In this document: one piece after another, positions 59,590-64,000 of the stretch
Numbering within the stretch: the stretch's first letter is position 1
Layout: the number at the start of each line of letters is the position of its first letter
NCBI GenBank assembly: GCA_963737065.1
Contig: CAVTRC010000002.1
Span: forward strand, 320,001 to 384,000
DNA: 64,000 bases
Reading direction: 5' to 3'
Origin: Candidatus Eremiobacteria bacterium
Lineage (GTDB): Bacteria > Vulcanimicrobiota > Vulcanimicrobiia > Vulcanimicrobiales > Vulcanimicrobiaceae
The notes under the pieces: generated by a model
The model's input: the letters and a program-made list of their open reading frames with translations, nothing else
Databases searched by the model: none
What the model was told of the DNA's origin: nothing
Position numbers and translations under genes: made by a program

Positions 59590-60095
59590 TGGCCGAACAG
59601 GTTGCCGCACAACAACAAGCGGTCGCGCATCTCAAGTTCGTGCGCATGGGGCCGCGCAAATTGCGCCGCGTCGCGGATGCGATTCGCGGCAAGAGCGTAC
59701 GCGAAGCGCTCGTCATGCTGCAGTTCGCGGGCGTGTACGCGGCAGAGCCGATCGAAAAGCTCGTGCGCAGCGCTGTTGCAAACGCGGGCAACAACCACGA
59801 CATGAACACCGACGATCTGTACATCACGCGGATTACGGTCGATGGCGGCCCCGGCGGTCGCTTCACCAAACGCCTGGACCCGCGTGCTCAAGGACGCGCG
59901 TACTTCAAGCGCAAGCGTCTCTCGCACGTGACGGTCGTCGTCAGTGAAACGCCTCCGCAGAAGAAACGCAAGGTTCGCGCTGGTGCAAGCGTCTCCACGA
60001 AGCGCGCGACGGCGTCCGCAGCGCGTCGCGCAAACACGAGACGCGCAACGGCGGCAGCGGGGGCTGGTCGTCCTTCGACCCGCGCTCGGGATTAA
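59589..60095 (+). CDS. rplV: 50S ribosomal protein L22 with basic C-terminal tail
   Basis: [34 protein letters not shown]. Confidence 0.98.
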   Translation: MAEQVAAQQQAVAHLKFVRMGPRKLRRVADAIRGKSVREALVMLQFAGVYAAEPIEKLVRSAVANAGNNHDMNTDDLYITRITVDGGPGGRFTKRLDPRAQGRAYFKRKRLSHVTVVVSETPPQKKRKVRAGASVSTKRATASAARRANTRRATAAAGAGRPSTRARD

Positions 60096-60106
60096 AAGGT
60101 AACTAT

Positions 60107-60979
<873 letters not shown>

Positions 60980-60981
60980 CG

Positions 60982-61398
60982 ATGCTCACGCCAAAGCGAG
61001 TCAAATGGCGCAAAGTGCAGCGCGGCCGCATGACCGGACGCGCGCTCCGCGGCAGCACGCTCACGTTCGGCGAGTTCGGTCTGCAGGCACTCGAGCCGTG
61101 CTGGATGACGAACCGCCAGATCGAAGCGGCGCGTATTGCAATGACGCGTCACATCAAGCGCGGCGGTAAGGTGTGGATCAAGGTGTTCCCGGACAAGCCG
61201 GTCACGAAGAAGCCCGCCGAAGTGCGCATGGGCGCCGGTAAAGGGAATCCGGAGTTCTGGGTCGCGGTCGTGCGTCCGGGGCGCGTGCTCTTCGAACTCT
61301 CCGGTGTTGCGCCGGATGTCGCGAAAGAAGCGCTGCGTCTTGCGGCTGCAAAGCTGCCGATCGGAACAAAGATCGTTACGCGCGAGGAGGGCGCATGA
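60982..61398 (+). CDS. rplP: 50S ribosomal protein L16
   Basis: [16 protein letters not shown]. Confidence 0.99.
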   Translation: MLTPKRVKWRKVQRGRMTGRALRGSTLTFGEFGLQALEPCWMTNRQIEAARIAMTRHIKRGGKVWIKVFPDKPVTKKPAEVRMGAGKGNPEFWVAVVRPGRVLFELSGVAPDVAKEALRLAAAKLPIGTKIVTREEGA

Positions 61399-61616
61399 AG
61401 AAAGGCGAGCTGAACGAACTGCGCGGTCTCACGGTGGCCGAGCTCCGGCAAAAAGCGCGCGACACGAAGTCGGAACTGTTCAATTTGCGTTTCGCGCTTC
61501 GCACGGGCCACCTGACCGACTTCAGTAAGATCAAAGAGATGCGCCGCGCCTACGCGCAAATTCAGACCGTTATTTCAGAGAAGAAGATGGCAGAGGATCA
61601 GCATGGAGCAGCGTAA
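61395..61616 (+). CDS. rpmC: 50S ribosomal protein L29
   Basis: ELFNLRF...TG.L; operon position. Confidence 0.95.
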   Translation: MKKGELNELRGLTVAELRQKARDTKSELFNLRFALRTGHLTDFSKIKEMRRAYAQIQTVISEKKMAEDQHGAA

Positions 61617-61905
61617 CGATTCGTTTGATGAGCGCGCGGCAAGTTCGTCGGACCGTGTCGTCAACCGGCGCGTGAAACAGGGGCGCGTCGCCTCTAACAA
61701 GATGGACAAGACGATCGTCGTGGTCACGGAAACGCGCGTTCCGCACGGTGCGTACGGCAAGATCGTTCGCAAGTCGACGCGTTTCAAAGCGCACGACGAG
61801 CAAAACGAAGCCAATATCGGCGACATCGTCCGCATCATGGAATGCCGGCCGCTCAGCCGCGACAAGCGTTGGCGCCTTGTTGAAATTGTAGAAAGGGCGA
61901 AGTAG
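61603..61905 (+). CDS. rpsQ: 30S ribosomal protein S17
   Basis: [18 protein letters not shown]. Confidence 0.98.
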   Translation: MEQRNDSFDERAASSSDRVVNRRVKQGRVASNKMDKTIVVVTETRVPHGAYGKIVRKSTRFKAHDEQNEANIGDIVRIMECRPLSRDKRWRLVEIVERAK

Positions 61906-61987
61906 GGAAGATTTTCGGCAGACGATGTGTTCTGGATCTCAGGACAAATCGATGACGAAGAGTTGACCTGAAAGGCAGAACAAAGCA

Positions 61988-62365
61988 ATGATTCAGCAAG
62001 AAACACGGTTAAAAGTAGCCGACAACTCGGGCGCCCGCGAGCTGCTGGTGATCCACATCAGCGGCGGAAGCCGTCACAACTACGCGCACGTCGGAGACAT
62101 CGTCATAGGGACGGTAAAAAGCGCCATTCCCGGTGCGGCCGTGAAAAAAGGCCAAGTGGTGAAGGCCGTGATCGTTCGGACGTCGGCCCCGATCCGCCGT
62201 GCCGACGGTTCCGTCGTGCGCTGCGACGACAATGCGTGCGTCATCATCAAGGGCGACAAGGATAACCTCGATCCGCGCGGCACGCGCGTGTTCGGACCGG
62301 TCATGCGCGAACTGCGCGACCGCGGTTTCCTCAAGATTGCCTCGCTCGCACCGGAGGTGCTCTAA
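61988..62365 (+). CDS. rplN: 50S ribosomal protein L14
   Basis: [24 protein letters not shown]. Confidence 0.99.
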   Translation: MIQQETRLKVADNSGARELLVIHISGGSRHNYAHVGDIVIGTVKSAIPGAAVKKGQVVKAVIVRTSAPIRRADGSVVRCDDNACVIIKGDKDNLDPRGTRVFGPVMRELRDRGFLKIASLAPEVL

Positions 62366-62366
62366 C

Positions 62367-62723
62367 GTGAGCAAGCCGTTCATCGTTAAAGGCGACACCG
62401 TAATGATTCGTCGCGGCAAAGAGAAGGGCAAGCGCGGTACGGTCAAGGCCGTGTTTCCCGATCAACGGCTCGCGACCGTCGAAGGTCTGAACATCGTGAA
62501 GCGTCACACGAAGCAGGGTCAGCAGAGCGGTAACATGGGTGCCGCTCAAAGCGGCGGTATCGTTGAGAAAGAGAACCCGCTGCCGATTTCGGCGCTGCAA
62601 TATGTGTGCGAGAAATGCAAAACCCCGACGCGCCTGCGTCACGGGCGTACGCCGGATGGCATCGCGCATCGCGTCTGCGTGAAGTGCAACGAACCGGCGC
62701 GCGAATCGGCAAAGGGAGCGTAG
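62367..62723 (+). CDS. rplX: 50S ribosomal protein L24 (zinc-ribbon type)
   Basis: KGDTV...[27 protein letters not shown] start. Confidence 0.97.
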   Translation: MSKPFIVKGDTVMIRRGKEKGKRGTVKAVFPDQRLATVEGLNIVKRHTKQGQQSGNMGAAQSGGIVEKENPLPISALQYVCEKCKTPTRLRHGRTPDGIAHRVCVKCNEPARESAKGA

Positions 62724-62727
62724 CGAC

Positions 62728-63279
62728 GTGGCAACGCGTTTAAAAGATAAATACCAGAGCGACGTTCGCAAACGACTGCAGGATAAGTTTGGATACACGA
62801 ACGTCAACCAGATTCCGCAGCTGGAAAAAGTCGTGATCAACATGTCGGTCGGCGACGCCATCACGAATGCGAAGGCGCTCGATGCGGCCGTCTCCGAGCT
62901 CGCGACGATCAGCGGTCAGAAGCCGGTCGTAACGAAGGCGAAGAAATCGATCGCGGCGTTCAAGCTGCGCGAGGGGATGAACATCGGCGCCAAGGTGACG
63001 CTCCGCGGCGACCGCATGTACATCTTCCTCGACAAACTGTTCAACATCGTGCTTCCGCGTATCCGCGACTTCCGCGGTCTTCCGGCGAAGTCATTCGATG
63101 GGCGCGGCAACTACAACATGGGCCTACGCGAACAGCTCGTTTTCCCGGAGATCAACTTCGACAAGGTCGACAAGGCGCGCGGCATGGACATTACGATCGT
63201 CACGACGGCAAAATCGGACGAAGAAGCGAGCGAGTTTCTCACGGCGATGGGACTGCCGCTGCGAAAGGGCAATGCATAA
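62728..63279 (+). CDS. rplE: 50S ribosomal protein L5
   Basis: [20 protein letters not shown]. Confidence 0.99.
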   Translation: MATRLKDKYQSDVRKRLQDKFGYTNVNQIPQLEKVVINMSVGDAITNAKALDAAVSELATISGQKPVVTKAKKSIAAFKLREGMNIGAKVTLRGDRMYIFLDKLFNIVLPRIRDFRGLPAKSFDGRGNYNMGLREQLVFPEINFDKVDKARGMDITIVTTAKSDEEASEFLTAMGLPLRKGNA

Positions 63280-63464
63280 TGGCAAAAACGAGCATGATCG
63301 TTAAATCGGAACGGAAGCCGAAGTTCGGCGTGCGCCAGCACAACCGTTGCAAAATCTGCGGACGCCCGCGCGGCTATCTGCGCAAGTTTGCGTTGTGCCG
63401 CATTTGCTTCCGTGAGAACGCGCACAAAGGCGTCGTTCCGGGCGTCACCAAGGCGAGCTGGTAA
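63279..63464 (+). CDS. rpsN: 30S ribosomal protein S14 type Z
   Basis: 61 aa, [15 protein letters not shown]. Confidence 0.98.
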   Translation: MAKTSMIVKSERKPKFGVRQHNRCKICGRPRGYLRKFALCRICFRENAHKGVVPGVTKASW

Positions 63465-63479
63465 GGAGAGGAGACGAGA

Positions 63480-63881
63480 ATGGCTGCAATCACCGATCCC
63501 GTCGCTGACCTGCTGACGCGCATTCGCAACGCCAACACGGCGAACCACAAGACGGTCGACGTGCCGGCGTCGCGCGTGAAGAAGGCGATCTCGCAGATTC
63601 TCAAAGATGAAGGTTTCATCGACGATTTCGAGCGCCTCAACGAAGGACCGCAAGGCACGATCCGGATCAAACTCAAGTACGGACCCGAAAAAGAAAAGAT
63701 CATCACCGGTCTGCGCCGCATCTCGCGTCCCGGTTTGCGCGTCTACACGGGCAAGACGGAAATTCCGCGTGTGCTCGGCGGTCTGGGTCTCGTTATCATG
63801 TCAACTTCGCAGGGAATCATGTCCGGCAAACGAGCGAAGAAGCTCGGCGTCGGCGGTGAAGTCCTCGCGTACGTGTGGTGA
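63480..63881 (+). CDS. rpsH: 30S ribosomal protein S8
   Basis: [30 protein letters not shown]. Confidence 0.99.
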   Translation: MAAITDPVADLLTRIRNANTANHKTVDVPASRVKKAISQILKDEGFIDDFERLNEGPQGTIRIKLKYGPEKEKIITGLRRISRPGLRVYTGKTEIPRVLGGLGLVIMSTSQGIMSGKRAKKLGVGGEVLAYVW

Positions 63882-63887
63882 ATTTGC

Positions 63888-64000
63888 ATGTCACGTATTG
63901 GTAAATTGCCGATTGCGGTTCCGAGCGACGTCAACGTCACGCTCAGCGACGGCGAAGTCGTCGTCAAAGGGCCGAAGGGCGAACTGCACAGCACTATCCT
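63888..64000 (+). CDS. rplF: 50S ribosomal protein L6 (partial, runs off window)
   Basis: MSRIGKLPI...VKGPKGEL. Confidence 0.97.
   Translation, partial: MSRIGKLPIAVPSDVNVTLSDGEVVVKGPKGELHSTI

Overview
High-GC bacterial chromosomal window. It pairs outer-membrane proteins (TonB-dependent receptor, TPR/beta-barrel porin) with Terrabacteria-style ribosomal proteins, which best fits Eremiobacterota/Vulcanimicrobiota (inference). Left to right: an MprA/MprB-like two-component pair; a TonB-dependent receptor with an unusual duplicated C-terminal domain; repair and housekeeping genes; a fragmented anthranilate (2-aminobenzoyl-CoA) catabolic cluster; a hybrid exopolysaccharide locus (BcsB-like, NfrA-like, NfrB-like with MshEN domain, deacetylase, glycoside hydrolase, LuxR-type regulator); transporters; orphan pilin-like genes; a GntR module; and the str, S10 and spc ribosomal clusters. 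The S10 operon is split: rpsJ has its own promoter, a boxA-like leader and a terminator, and about 9 kb of unrelated genes separate it from rplC. That insert holds a decaying island with an IS481 remnant and a divergent active/inactive HIT paralog pair coupled to short-chain chromate transporters. Three copies of a covarying palindromic element lie in intergenic regions. No rRNA, tRNA or CRISPR array was seen. All functional calls come from motif recognition by eye; no database searches were run.
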